Shown: positions 23,836-38,171, numbered from the stretch's first letter. The stretch: 64,000 nt of DNA from Gracilinanus agilis (GCF_016433145.1 NC_058132.1:70102587-70166586); one strand, 5' to 3'. Numbers and translations are program-made. Notes: generated by a model not told the origin, from the letters alone.

Positions 23836-26754
23836 CTGGGAGGAGACAAAAGTATTACCAAAATGTATTTATAGCACCTTTCTTTGTAACATGAGAAAAT
23901 AGTCCTTAACACCAGCAGTTAAGAGAATGGCCTGATAATCTGTATTATACTGACTGATAATTACAAATATGAAAAATATTAATACTAGGTGGCTCAATGG
24001 ATTGGGAGCCAGACCTAGAAACAGGAGGTCCTACGTTCAAATCTGGCCTCCCACTTCCCAGCTGTGTGACCCTGGGCAAGTCACCCACCCCTAATTGCCT
24101 AGCTCTTGCTGCTCTTCTGCCTTGGAACCAATACTCAGCATCAATTCCAAGATGGAAGACAAGGGTTTACAAAATATTAAGAAATAATATGAAAAGTATA
24201 TTTATTTATTTTTAAAGATATTTTATTTTCCCAATTATGTCATAATAATGTTCAACATATGTTTTCCAAAATTATATGATCCAAATGATCTCCTTCACTC
24301 CCCCTACTCCAAGAAAGTAAGAAATTTGATCTGGGACATACGTGTATTATCATGCAAAACACTTTCATATTGGTCATTGTTGTAAGAAAAGTATACTTAT
24401 GAACTTTATAGTAGTATATAAACATATTTTCAAATATTTATATGAAATGCTACAGAGAAAATAAAATTAAAACATATACACTGACTATGACTTCCTAGAA
24501 AAGCCAATAAAACTTTACTAGCAAATAGATGAAAATAAGTTTATGAGGGAACAGAGATAAATAAGTTGTGATTATTTCCAAAGGGCAATGGAGAGTGGGC
24601 ATAGTAGGTTGGAATTAAGTTTTACTAAATACATATGTGTATAAGGGGAAAAATATACATATATGTATACACACATACATGCAATATTGTGCAGCAAGAG
24701 ATGTCATCAGGGAGATTGATGATAGGAAAGAGAGGCAAACTAGACATACAGCAAGAGTGAAGAATTACTCACAGACCCTCCCACCCCCGCCCCATCACGT
24801 TAGGTAGCCTTGACATGGAGGACCAACATGAGGCCCCAGACAACAGCAGTAGAAGTTATATAGCTGCTGAAGTCCTAGAGGGAGTACCACATCAAAGAGA
24901 TCATAGACCTATCCAAGTACTGAATGATTGTTATTGTTAGTAAATAGTATGAGTTTTGAGGGTTTATTTGGATTTTAGTCCTAATGCCATTTGCTTATTC
25001 ATTTTTATTTATGGAGGTAAAACTAAATTATTTCTAAAAACATTTTCCAAAACCTAAGTTGAAGGACAGAAATGCAGGGATAGCATTCCCTATTTCTAGG
25101 GAATCAATTTCTTTTGGTGGCTCTCTTGGTGACTAGGTAGCTCTACTTTTTCATTTGTATTTCGGGCTACTATTTCTTTTAAATACAAGACTGAAACTTG
25201 CTTGTCTGCCTAAGTAGGGAAAAGAAGACCAGGAGTTTTACTGGCTGGGGGCCGAGTTAGGCCAGCAATCAGGTCCATCCACAAGGTAAACCCTTCCACT
25301 TTCCTCATCACTAGCACCTTCCTCTGCAGAGTCCAACACACTTTATTAAGAATTTATTTGTTGGGCTGTTTGCTGCCTCAGGAGTCCAGAATACTGAGAA
25401 TGGTGAACAATTTATTGAAACTGTCATTACTGCTCTTTGCTTGTGGCATCATTGAAATCTGCTCAGCAGTAATGTGGAAAGAATTAAAGTCACCAAACTC
25501 ACACTATAGTTGCTTCTCCCTTTCCACATTTCCAAATTTTCTTGCCTAAGCGGGAACTAAGTGATCTGTAAAGGCTGAAAGAGGCTTTCGTTAGAGACAG
25601 TTGATCTGGAATCTCAGCAAAAAAATAGGAGCCAGGCACTTATTTCAGCCAAATCTGTGCAAAAACTCCATCCTATTCCTTCTCACCCTAAATCAATTTT
25701 CTTTCACAACTGCTGCTCAGGACAGGACTATAGAAAAGCATGCCATCCAGCAGGCCGAATTTCCTTCTTTCCTCAGTTTTCCCTGTCCTTAGTCTCTTTC
25801 TACATATTGTCTAAGAGAACAGAACCCCAGCGGGCTTCAGAGGAAGCTGGTTTGCCCCTTAATCCTCAGCTTTTGGAACAAAGAAATTGTAACAAACCAG
25901 CAGGATTGTATTTTATTTAAGTATTGTGCAGAGAATTCTCAGGTTGTTGAAAGAATTTCCCAGCCCTGGTTTTTGCTTTCCTAATAACTGACATTTATAT
26001 AACACTTTAAGGTTTAAAAAGTGACGTATTGACATTATCTCATTTAAGCCTTACAACAACCCCGACGTAGGCACTCTAATGCTTTATTCTCATTTTATAG
26101 GTAGAGAAACTGAGGCTCAGGGAAATCACATAGTTAATAGATTTCAGAGATAGGGCAGCTAGGTGGTTCAGTGGATAGAGGGCCAGGCCTGGAGATGGAA
26201 GGTCCTGAGGGTTGAAATCTAACCTCAGATATTTCCTAATTGTGTGACCCTGGACAAGTCACTTAACCAATTGTTTAGTCTTTACTGCTCTTCTGCCTTG
26301 GAATCAATATTTAGTATGGATTCTAAGATGAAGGCAAGGACCTAAAGAAATAAATTTCAGAGGTGAGATCCAACCTAGGGTTTCTACCTTTTATATCATG
26401 CTTCCTGGAATAGCCACTGCTACCTGGAGGTGAATGAGATTCAACTGAACTTGGCCAGCACTGATAGAGAGCACCTAGTGTATGTCAGGCATGGTACAGA
26501 TGATGATAATCACAACAGAGCCCTTTTCTTCAAGGTAGACTGTTTTGCCCTGTGTGGAAACAACGCTAACTTGATTTCATTGTTCTCTGAAAAGATGTAA
26601 TCTACAGACTAGAAGTTCTCTCCAGTAGCACCCACTGATTCATTCTAGATCTCCTCGGTACTCAATTAATACTCAGTAACTCTCTGAGGGCAGTGTGCTA
26701 GGGCAGAAAGAACAGTCTCTGAAGAGTGAGGTGATTTAGGAAACTTCTTTCCTC

Positions 26755-26923
26755 TCTGTTCTTGGTTTTCCCAAAGGGATCCATGAATAAATTTCAGGGG
26801 ATCCATGAACTCTGGATTGGAGAAAAATTTTTTATTTTCACTAAGCTTTGCCTGAAATTTAGTATTTCTTTCAATTATTAAAAAAAATTAGGTCCATGAT
26901 ACAGAAAAAATTAAGAATCCCTG
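26755..26923. mobile_element. hAT-Charlie-type MITE remnant
   Basis: Ends in ttaagaatccctg (inverted CAGGGATTCTTAA-type TIR) with internal gggatccatgaa repeats; left TIR degenerate. Confidence 0.5.
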
Positions 26924-29499
26924 CGTTAGATGACTGTTAAAGGTTATTTTCTATGCTCCTCCAAGAAACAGGAATTTTAATCTCTTCCCCCTCCCATAAT
27001 GTTTTTCTTCCTTTTAAAAATAACCCTTACCTTCCATCTTAGAAGCAAAAGTTCACTCAGGGAGGAATATCTGAGGACAGATTTGAACCCGGGACCTCCC
27101 ATCTGTAGGCCTGGCTCTCTACCAACTGAGCTATTGAAATGCCCTCAGTAAGTTTTGAAAATATAGCTCCATGGTGTCATGAAGAGATTATTAAAAATGG
27201 TGGTCAGCTTCTCTTTTGATCAATGTAGTTATTCTCCTCTGGGTTTAACGTAGAGGAGGGAGCAGGTATTATAATAAGGACTTAAAAGAGGAGAATGAAC
27301 ATAGATAGTAGGAATGGCTAAAGCTGGCAATGGAAGGTAGCTACAAAAGATGAAACTTATGTACTTGGAACATTATATGCTGTTATAGTGCCTACCTTTC
27401 ATGAAAGAGTAAACATTAGTATAAAAAGGATCCAGAGAAAAGGAGTAGAAAATGATCATGGAGAGCTAAAGCAAGAATAAAAAGATAAGTCTCTTCAGTC
27501 TAGGAAAAAAGAATACTTAAGAAAGAATATATGATCAAAATTTGTTGCTTTTTTTTTTATGGTAGGTAGTATAAATGTTTAAAAACCATCTTACAATGAG
27601 AAAATCTAGTCTGAGAGATGTTAAATAATTTGCCTATATAAGTGTTAAGGTCAGAACTCAAAGCCAGATCCACCAGACTGACTCTGGAATCAGATAAGCT
27701 GGGTTCAAATATAATAAAAATTTGTGACATCTAAGAATGAACAAAGATATGTTTACAAAATGGCACGATATAGGTTAGCTGTAAAGACTGGATGAATTTA
27801 GAACTGATTGAGGGGATGGCATAGGTCTAATATGAAGGGCAGTTTATCAATACTAGAGCAAGGATTCTAGGGAGCACATAAGAGTACTGCTGTTATTGTT
27901 ATTTTATAATCGATACCTTAGTTGAGATTTTACCTTTTTTTTAAAATTATAACATGAATTTACATATACAAGATAGACAGCCTATTCCCTATCATCCCTA
28001 AAGCAATACTACAAAACCCAAAATGTCAAGGAGCAGTTTGGATAATGGAACTCAAAACAAAAATAATGATTAATAATAATTAAATAATGATTGTGTTTTT
28101 AAACCATAAGTTTCACTTTCTAGGGTTTTTTCTCCCCTTTTCGAAGTTTCTAGTGATGGAGTAATTTATCTTCTGATATTTTCGTTGTCTGAGGTGTTTG
28201 CAAAGCAAATAATCTGCTCGTATCTGGGCTTTTTCCCCCCTTTAAATGCTTTGATTAGGTCTCTTTTTCTTAAATGGCCACTTTTTTTTCCATTAATGAT
28301 TAGGTTCAGGTTTGCAAAGTATGTAACTCAGTATTGCATCTATCATTTCTTGAATTCTGTTGTTCGTGGTTTGTTTATTTGTTTCATTCTTCTGAGAGAC
28401 TTGTGATTCTTAATTTGTCTCTACATCACAGTACTATTATGAAAAATAACTATAGATTCTCTAGGCTGAAATACGTAAATATGAAAGTAATCCTAAGCAT
28501 CATCTGGTGCTACTAACAGCACTGGCACTCTAGGAAATGGGCCAGAATTGGCTCTGATTCATCTATTTTTTTTAAAACCAAGGGGGCTAAGGAGGTTCTC
28601 TCTTTGCCCACAGAGCTGAGACAAGCAGAGGCTGGAAGGGTCAGCAAGGACTTTAATGCCATGTAGTGATATCTATCTACCTACCTATGCACCCAACCCA
28701 CAGGGCACTCACGACAGGCGGTGTGAAGTAAAGAAGGGAAACAGATGTGGCAGAGACCCTGGAAGCAGCAAATGCTCCTTTCTCTTGCTCACAAGCCTGC
28801 CTCTTCCTGATTTACCACTCTCAAAACATCTTTCCCCAGATGAAAAGTAGCCCAGAGAGTATGTGTGATTAGGAGTTCAGGAGGGATGGTAAAAGACCAT
28901 CCCATACAATCACTTTATGGCATACAAAGGAAAAGTATGGAAGATACCATTAAAAAGGCACTAAACAAGCCAATTTTTAAGAACATGAAAGATATCTCTT
29001 CCTTTCTTTAGACCCTTCTCTGAGAGGAAAAGGTGCCTTTTTGACATCCAAATCACCAGGAAAGGGGCAGAGGAAACCCTTTGGCTATTTACTCAGATGT
29101 TGCTCCTGCCACCATCTTCTTCACTCACCTCTGCTTTTTAAACTAGGATTCTTCCCACCTTCCACCAAGGTTTAAGAGTACAGATCCTAAAACATCACAT
29201 AAAGCCTAATTTCCCAGCTCCATAGGCAGTCTACCTCTACACTGCCACAGCCTGCTCCCCAGGGCACATCAAGAGCCCAGAACCAGAGCCACTGCTGCCA
29301 CTTTATCTTCACCTACTTAAAATGAGATCCTACTACCACTCCCAATACCACTTTGAGTTTGGAGGCCAAAACCATCACTCCCATTTCTACCTTAAATCTC
29401 AGATGTAGTCACTAGGCTACAGGGAAGCCAAAATGTTCACCCATATCCCTTACTGACAACACAAAAGCCCCACGAACCAATTTTTTAGATAGAATATCT

Positions 29500-30999
29500 T
29501 TTTTGAGGCCCATTCTTATTGCCAATGTCACTCCTGGACAGAAATAATGAGAAAAACCAAAGACAAATTTTAGAACAATGAAGAAGTTCTATAACATAAG
29601 AGAACAAGATGATAAAATTTCTTTGGAGTTAAATCATATAATAAATGCATTAAAAGAAGACTCTAATTTGGGTGGAGGGAAGAGAAACACAAAAAGACAA
29701 ATGTACAATTTATAAAACTGCAAAGTAACACCAAAGAAATGGCAGCAGCAAACTGCAGAACAAAGTCAAAAGAAGAACAATTAGTAGAAACAATAAAAAT
29801 GACAAAAAGAATTATCTCTAAATGTAAAAACTGGAATGACAACCAATGGATGTATAGAGCAAAGTAAGAGAGGACACAGAAGGGGAATTATGATTTTTAT
29901 ATCAGGATTCTTGAAGATATCAAAAAAGAAAAGAAAAAAGAAAATCACTAGATGCCATGTTTGAGGATATAATTAGGGAAAAATTTCAGAACAGACAAGA
30001 GAAAGTAATCTTCCATAAGTAGAGGGAAGACACTAGTCCTTAGCATGAAAAAAATCCTAATTACAAGTCTCCAAATCACATAATTTTTAAGTTTCAAAAT
30101 TATAAAGGCCTCCGAATGTTGAGAAAAAATATAAAAATGACAATTAGCATATATCATCCAACTTTTTAAAAAAGGGGCTAATTAACAAAACTGGATAAGA
30201 CTCTATGAAAAGCACAGAAGCAGATTCCAAAGTATGGAATATACATGCTATAATTATGACTAATTAGTACTTTAAAGTAAAATACCTATGTGCTTTAGTG
30301 AAATTTCAAACTGAATTAACAAAAACAATAACACTTTAAATCTGTTATACAGAGTCAATATTTTTTTCAAAAAGCTTTTGAAACTGTTAGAGAAATATTT
30401 AAATTGGAGCTTGAATTTTTAAAAATGTGTATTAAGAGTAACATAACAAGAAAATGGATTACAATATATCTATAGCTACTAATAAAAACATTTAACACAG
30501 TAAGGAGTAACAAAAATGAAAAGAAAGGTGGACAGGTACTCCTAAAATCTATAAGAAAAAGAGGCCAACCTTCAGGGAATAATAAGAATTCATTTCCATA
30601 ATTTAAATTAGAGGATTTAATTTGGTTCACTAATTGGTTTTTAACAGTAGAAAAAGTTATGGAAAATTAAAATAGATTTTAATCCCTCTAGACACATCAA
30701 GAACAATAAGAAGATTCAGGGAAGGGATTGAAAAAAACGAGAAGACAAATCAAATTCAACATTTATAACAGTAAATGTTGATCTCTTTTAATGGAGATTA
30801 AAACTCAAAAATGGACCAAGTGAGGGGCAGCTTGGTAGCTCAGTGGATTGAGATTCAGGCCTAGAGATGGGAGGTCCTAGGTTCAAATCCAGCCTCAGAC
30901 ACTTCCCAGCTGTGTGACCCTGGGCAAGTCACTTGACCCCCATTGCCCACCCTTACTACTCTTCCACCTAGGAGCCAATACACAGAAGTTAAGGGTTTA

Positions 31000-31033
<34 letters not shown>

Positions 31034-32210
31034 GAATGGACCAAGTGACAAAATTAATAAATCTGTTGTTCCCAAGTAACATGTACAATGTACATTGTAT
31101 AAAGACATAGATGGATCTAAATTAAGAGAATGGTCTAATTACATCATGCAACTGCAGGTTAAAAAAAAGCAAGATTGCCAATAATGATATCAGATAATGC
31201 TGAAGGCAAACTAAAAACCTTAACCATGGACATTATGATAAAAGAAATAATGAATAAGATACCTGATTTTAAATTTTTGGACAACATTCAGCAGTGACAT
31301 TTATTAAAAGATGAATGGTATGAGAAAAAAATCATAATAGTAAAGGACTTCAATATTTCAATATCAGAGACTATTTAAGAGAAGACAAAGAAATTACAAA
31401 CTTATTCAATAAGGTTTTTTTAAAAAAAGAGATAAATGAGAAAATGAAATAGATAGAAGTGAACTATTCTTGTATGTTCTTTACAGACACATATAAAAAT
31501 CTCAGAAAAATTGATCCCAGACATGATTAAAAAAGCTCTAACTGACAAATCTAAAAAAGCAGAAATCATGTTATGTTCTATTTTCAAGATGATGATGCAA
31601 TAAAATTAATAGCATGACTAAAAGATGCAATGACATGAAAATTAATCTACTAAACTACAATAGGTCTGACAAAAATAAGATGTTTATAAAACAATGACCA
31701 CACTAATGCTATATAACAAGATCTATTCTATATAGACAAAATTGTTCTCAGAAGGAAATTTATAGTATTAAGTGCCGACATTAAGAAAGAGAGAAAAATA
31801 AAAATCTACACTAAGAGACCTTAGAAAAGGAACAAATAGTCCAAAGAGATAATGAAAAGAGCAGAAATAAATAGAACGAGAGAACAATTTAATTAATAAA
31901 TAGCACTAAGTTGGTTTTTTTGAAAAGGCTAATAAAAAAGGATAAGCCATTAGCAAACAAACAAACAAAAAAAAAGGAGAAACACAAATCAACAAAATTA
32001 CAAAGGAAAAAGAAAAGACCACAATAAGTACAAAAGAAATTAAGAATATCATTAGGGAATATTGTGCAAAAATATTCTAACAAATTAGAGAACTCAAGTG
32101 AAATGGTTGATTACTTACTAAAATATAAATTACCCAAATTGACAAAATGGGAAATTAATAACTTAAATAAACCAATCTCATAGGAACATATAATAAAAGT
32201 AACCAATAAA
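29500..32210 (+). mobile_element. Highly decayed L1 (ORF1 to early ORF2), antisense to SNRNP40, interrupted by a SINE
   Basis: Degenerate ORF2 motifs: IIVKDFNI (~31332; cf. IIVGDFNT), RRKFIVLSA (~31750; cf. RGKFIALNA), SWFFEKANKKDKPL (~31909; cf. SWFFEKINKIDKPL). Confidence 0.8.
30824..31034 (+). mobile_element. Young SINE1_Mdo-like SINE, 14-bp TSD
   Basis: aatggaccaagtga at 30810-30823 and 31035-31048; long poly(A) tail. Confidence 0.93.
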
Positions 32211-32627
32211 ATACCCTGCTGTGGCATACTGAGAAAAATCCTCAGCTTGGACTTAAGGCAGATCTTGATTTGATGGCTGCTTCAGACACTCAATAACTTC
32301 ATAACCCAGGCCAGTCCTTAAACTTATCTGAGCCTCAGTTTCCTTATCTGTAAAATGTTAATATTTGCAGAGTAGTATTTACAAATGATTCTGAAAAACC
32401 TTAAATCACCAAATGAATATCAGTCTGATGATGATAATGATAATTACAATGCTAAATCATTTACAAAAGAAGAAACCAAGAAACCACTTTGGAAAATGTG
32501 AAAATGCTCAACTCCAACAAAAGTTATAAAAGTCTTCAATGGTATTATGTACAGATATATCACAAACTCATATGTTTTTAAAAAATCAACTTCTGTGGAA
32601 GGAAGAATGATTCCAAATAAGACACAC

Positions 32628-32750
32628 CTTGATATCGTTGTCAATGCCACCAGAGATAATCTGATCACTAGTGTCATTGAAGGTCACAGTCAATACCTGG
32701 TAGGTATTCTGAAATGTCTGGACAGCTGCTTTCTTCCGGATATCCCAAAG
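32628..32750 (-). CDS. SNRNP40: SNRNP40 exon 5 (LWDIRKKAAVQTFQNTYQVLTVTFNDTSDQIISGGIDNDIK)
   Basis: Manual translation; acceptor TTTCAG|, donor AAG|GTGTGT; 123 nt. Confidence 0.97.
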
Positions 32751-34896
32751 CTGAAATGACAGAATTCAAATTTTTATTGAACAAAGCAACTTATTCCCAC
32801 TATGAAATTTTTCCAGTTTAAGGGCTCTAGTGTAATAATTAAAGCACAATGTAATTAAAACAATGGCTACTCACTCTCTGAATTGTCTAAGTGCTCCTGA
32901 GGATATACATTGAAAAAACCATTCATTAAGCACCCATAGCATACCAGGCACCCTGCTTGGGCATATGAAGACAGGTACCTGCCCTCAAGAAGCTTATCTT
33001 CTATTGGGGGAGACAGATACACAGATACACAGACACAGACATACACATAGCAGTGAGGCAGAAAGCTTTGAGAGCTGGCCTTGAAGTCAGTGAGGCCTGA
33101 ACATTCTATTTGCTTCTGATGCAGCCTATGTGACTCTGAGCAAGCCTCATCTCTCACTGCTCTAGGCAGCTCCTTAAGTCATCCAGAAGGTACCAACTTG
33201 TACTAGTGGAATAAGTTCCTCCCTAGGAGTCCCCTACATCCAAGAAAATATCAGTCTGGGGCCTCTCTCTATTCAAGATACACAAAGTATTTGGGGAGAA
33301 GTTGGTAAAGAGGTCATGGCAATTGGCATGTGAGGGCTACAACTGTGCCGACACTTGGGGTTTAGCTTGGCTTCCAATGGGGATCCTTCTGCCATAACTC
33401 CATTTCAGATATCCACGAAACCAACACCCAAAAGGTGAACTACTTCAGTCTGCTGAGTCCAATGTTCCTTCTATAATGCCTTAATGCCCCTGCTATTTAC
33501 AATTGCCTGGCATCACTGCTGAAAAAGCTAAAAATAGGCCATTTTTTCATTCTGACTTAAACCTACAGGATGAATTGTAACAAAGTGAGCTGGTTTTATA
33601 TTTGTGTGTGTGGAAAACCTGAAGATCTCAAGAGAATCTCACAGCATAGGAGTGGAACAAACATAACCAGAAATCAGGTCTGGGTTCGAGTCCTAGCCCT
33701 ATAACTCACATAGTGAATGAAATGTGCAACTCTGGTCTTTTACATTTAGCTTTGTAAGGTCCCTTCCTTTTTAATCTTAATATCCTATGAATCTCTGGTT
33801 AATCAGGAGAGAACACTTCTGGGTCACATTAATAATCTTTCATGTCCCAGATTTATTACATTTCTTTCTTTTCTTTTCTTTTTTTAAACCCCTACCTTCT
33901 GTCTTGGAGTCAATACTGTGTATTGGTTCCAAGGCAGAAGAGTGGTAAGGGTAGGCAATGGGGGGAGGGGGGGTGTTCAAGTGACTTGCCTAGGGACACA
34001 CAGCTGAGAAGTGTCTGAGTTCAGATTTGAAACTAGGACCTCCCATCTCTAGGCCTGGCTCTCAATCCACTGAGCAACCCAGCCCCTGATTTATTACATT
34101 TCTGAGAGTACAAGGGTCATTGGTTTAAATAACAGCAAACTGCAGTGGGGTAGATAAATAGAAAAGTTTAAAGAAGAAAATTTAGACTATATGATTTCAA
34201 ATATGGTGTCTATCACAATTCAATCAATCAAATGTTAATGATCTTCCCACCAGATATCAGTTATGGATGTTCTGGTACTAGATAAGAAGTAATCTCCATT
34301 TTTGAATCTGAAACATTTCAAGATGAAAGACACACTATAGGATAATGGGAAGAGAACATAAGATTTGTGGATGGGCGCCCTGGGTTCAAATACCCACCTT
34401 GATACTTACTACTTGAGAAACTTCCAAGACCCTTCTCTTCTCTGTCTATTCTATTCTTTGGACCTCAGATTCCTCAAATGTAAAATGAGGTGGTTGGAAT
34501 GGATGCTAAGGTCCCTTTCAGCTGGAAATCCTGTAATTTTATCTGAATAAAGCCCATGAACCAAGTCTTAGGTCAAGTCATTAGCTCATATTACTCTTTC
34601 TGAAACATCACTGCACATATAGTATCCACTATCCTGTTAAAAAATCTTCAATGGATTACTATTACCTATATGATAAAGTCCAAATTTCTTTGGACAGCAT
34701 TTGCAGCCCTCTGTTATCTTACTCCAACCTACTTTTCTGGTGTCACTTCCCAATGACCAACCAAATGAACCCTCCAACTCATCTTACTAAAACTGGTGGT
34801 TCTTTTCCTTAAAGGCACATTGACTTCCTTGATCAACTTCATTGGCTTCCAACTGCCTCTAGGATAAACATAAACTCCTCTGTTTAGTATTTAAAC

Positions 34897-35060
34897 CAGG
34901 GGTCAGCAACGTATGGCTCTCAAGCCATATCTGACTCTTTCGAGGGCCAGATATGGCTCTTTCGGCAGGAGCCATAAAGTCCATTTTTTTTTTCAGGCGC
35001 TGTTACAGGAACGCGCACTGTGAGCACTGTATGGCTCTCACGGCCAAAAATGTTGCCGAC
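34897..35060. mobile_element. hAT-type MITE (partial right TIR)
   Basis: Left end CAGGGGTCAGCAAC; right end GTTGCCGAC (35052-35060) lacking the final CCCTG; CpGs retained. Confidence 0.65.
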
Positions 35061-35300
35061 AATAAAAATGAAATTGAAAAAAAAAAGAAAGAAAGAAAAA
35101 GATTATGTCACAAAATCAGAATAGAAGCCTTTTCATAACTAAAGGTAGGGAGATAAATTTTTCCTTTTTTTTCTTTCTTCTTTTTTTAAACCCTTACCCT
35201 TCCATCTTAGAATCTATACTGTGTATTGCTTCCAAGGTAGAAAAGTGGTAAAGGCTAGGCAATGGGGATTAAGTGACTTGCTCAGGGTCACACCGCTTGG

Positions 35301-35727
35301 ACTTGGTGAGATTGACTTGGTGAGACTGTTCTTAAATCTCTCCCTTTGAATTACCATGTGGTGAGTAAAAAAGACCGACTCCTTGGATTGTTCTGAAGGG
35401 ACTCTCCTCTTAAGAGAGGCGTTGTGACTGAAGCCTTTGCTTTATTCATCCTTCATCCCTTGGCTCAAGGCTGAGGCTCCTCTGGTTGAGGACTAATTAG
35501 CATTGCCTGGGTTGAGGAGCCAAGGGCCTAAGCAAAATACTTAGCATGTTAGGTTAGATATCTTGCCCCATCCTCTCTCTGATTTTCTTACTTTCACTCT
35601 CTCTTCCTATTTGTAAATAAACTACCATACAGTCATTCTGACTTGAGTTTTTCATTAGGAATTGAATCAATTCCTTGGTAACCACCCCTCTGAATATTCA
35701 GTCCAACCATAATTTTTCCCCTTTACA
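35301..35727 (+). mobile_element. 5'-truncated ERV solo LTR nested in a SINE
   Basis: AATAAA at 35616, ends ...CCCTTTACA. Splits a minus-strand SINE (35175-35300 / 35728-35799). Its 3' part aligns with the reverse complement of 52085-52230. Confidence 0.75.
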
Positions 35728-37963
35728 GAGCCAGATTTGAATCTAGTAGCTCCCTTCTCTAGGCCTGGCTCTCAATCCACCAGGCCATCTACCTGCCCCA
35801 TAAATTCTTATTAAACAAGAGACTGAAGCTATTATAAAAGATAAAACATAATTTTCATTACGCAAAATTTATTTTATTTACATGAAAGTTTTTGTACCAC
35901 AAAACTAACCTATTTAAGAATAAGAAAAGATTAGTGTTCTAATGGGAAAAAATATCTTTGTGTCAAATATTTCTGAGAAGGACTCAATATCCAAGACATG
36001 GAGGCAATTAACAAATATATGAGACCAAAAGTGAGGATTGAAGCTATGTACTGAAATGTCTATGCCACACAGGGCACAGAGATTATGTTTCAGGAGACTC
36101 AAAAAGTAAGGGTCACAACCATAATCCAGTAGATGAGTTTAGGTGATGCCAGTGATAAAAGAATTTTGCAAAGCCTTGACTGAGGGCTGTTCTAGAATCC
36201 TGAATCCTGAAAAGGAGGCAGTTTTCCTAGTGATTATAAACTATATTTATTTTGAACTTAAAATACATGTAAAAATTCCATATACATAAGCAGAACATGA
36301 AAAGACTATAAATGAATTCATAAATCTATTTCATACTACTTTTTTTTCCTTTAAACCCCCACTCTCAATCTTAGTAACAATTCTAAGACAGGAGGACAAG
36401 GGCTGGGCAAGGCCTAGGCAAGGGGTTAAATAACTTGCCCAGGGTCACATAGTGGAGAAGTGTCAGAGGCTGGATTTGAGCCCAGGTCTTCCCAACTCCA
36501 GGCTTGGCTCTCTCCACTGAACCTCTTAACTGCCCTATTCAACTTGTTTTGTAAAAGCAAATTATAAATTTTACACATTGCTTTTTAAAGTAGCCTGCTA
36601 GGAATATTTTTATGTTTCACTGAAATTCTTTTGGGCATCACTACTGCAAAACCCCCAACCCTTGCCCCTGTCTCACAATATCTAAATAGAGGGAGGAAAA
36701 AACCCAAATCTTGTAACAAATCAGCATAATCAAACACAACAAATTCACAAGGTGGCAATGTCCAAAAATATAAGTTTCTACCTCTCTGTCAGGAAGAGGA
36801 TAACATGTTTCATCATGTTCTCTGAAGACGAGGGAAAGTCATTATTCTGATCAGAGTTCTTAAATTTTTCAAAGCTGTTTTTCTTTATAATGTTGTGTTT
36901 TTATAAATTGTTCTCTAGATTCTACTCATTGTGCTAATTCACACTGCTTGGGATCTATGAGAGTGTATCTTTTGTCACTTCTTCTGGGCCATTAATATCC
37001 CATTATACCTATATATCAGTTTGTTCAGCCATTTCCCACACTGTCCAAAGGCAATCTATGGTTTTAGTACCATCTTCCCCATCTTGCAACCCCCACTCCC
37101 AAACCTTTTAATTCCTCTTTCAAGGTCAGGAAGTTTGTTTAGCTCATAACTATTCCCCATTTGGTATTATTCTCCCTTTTAAATTTCTCTCTCCTCACAC
37201 TGTTGCTTTCCTATTGATTTCAATGTACAGCAAATTTTATGTGCACATAAGTACATGTGCTCAGTCTTCCTTTGTCCACTTACACTCAAAGTGAGGTTCA
37301 TCTGATATTCCTTCTTCCATATTTATTTTGTCTTCTTTTCATGTGCTTTACTGATGAGAAATGGCAAATTACATTCACTTCTTCCTTCTTTTACCTTCCA
37401 TTACATTTCCCTCCTTCAAATCCCCAGAACAGAATCAATCCACCTCCAAGTCTCTTTTTTCCCCCCTCAGGACTCTTTGTAGACATTAAGGTCCTTAAGG
37501 GACAACTGTTTCTTTCCTATAACTAGAATGTTAACACCACATTATCCTATAGCCCCTTTGATTACTTAAATAAATTTACCCTTATAGGTTTCTCTTATTC
37601 TTATATTTGCATTTCAAAATTCCTACTCAGCTCTAGTTTTTTCTTAAGAAATACTTTATTCCATTAAAGTTCTATTTTTTCAGGGGCAACTAGGTGGCTC
37701 AATGTATAGAGTACCAGGCCTGAAAACAGGAGGTCCTGGGTTCAAATTTGACCTCAGAAGCTTCCTAGCCATGTGACCCTGAGCAAGTCACTTGACTCCC
37801 ACTGCCTACCCCTTACTGCTCTTCTGCCTTAGAACCGATACATCGTATTGATTCCAAGATGGACGGTAAGAGTTTTTTTAAAAAGCAGCTTTATTTTCCC
37901 TTCTTTAGAATTATATTTAGCCTTGTAAAATAGAGTATTCTTCATTATAAGACTTAACCATAG

Positions 37964-38171
37964 TGGGGCAGCTGGGTAGCTCAGTGGATTGAGAGTCAGG
38001 CCTAGAGATGGGAGGTCCTAGGTTCAAATCTGGCCTCAGACACTTTCTAGTTGTGTGACCCTGGGCAAGTCACTTGACCCCCATTGCCCGCCCTTACCAC
38101 TCTTCCACCTATAAGCCAATACACGGAAGTTAAGGGTTTAAAAAAATTTAAATTAAAAAAAAAAAAAAAAA
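37964..38171 (+). mobile_element. Young SINE1_Mdo-like SINE, 15-bp TSD
   Basis: aagacttaaccatag at 37949-37963 and 38172-38186. Confidence 0.93.

Noticed and set aside
24767-24800. GC box (GGGGCGGGG) next to a GTGAGT donor, suggesting an internal promoter or exon
   Set aside because: Isolated motifs, no CpG island and no convincing acceptor.
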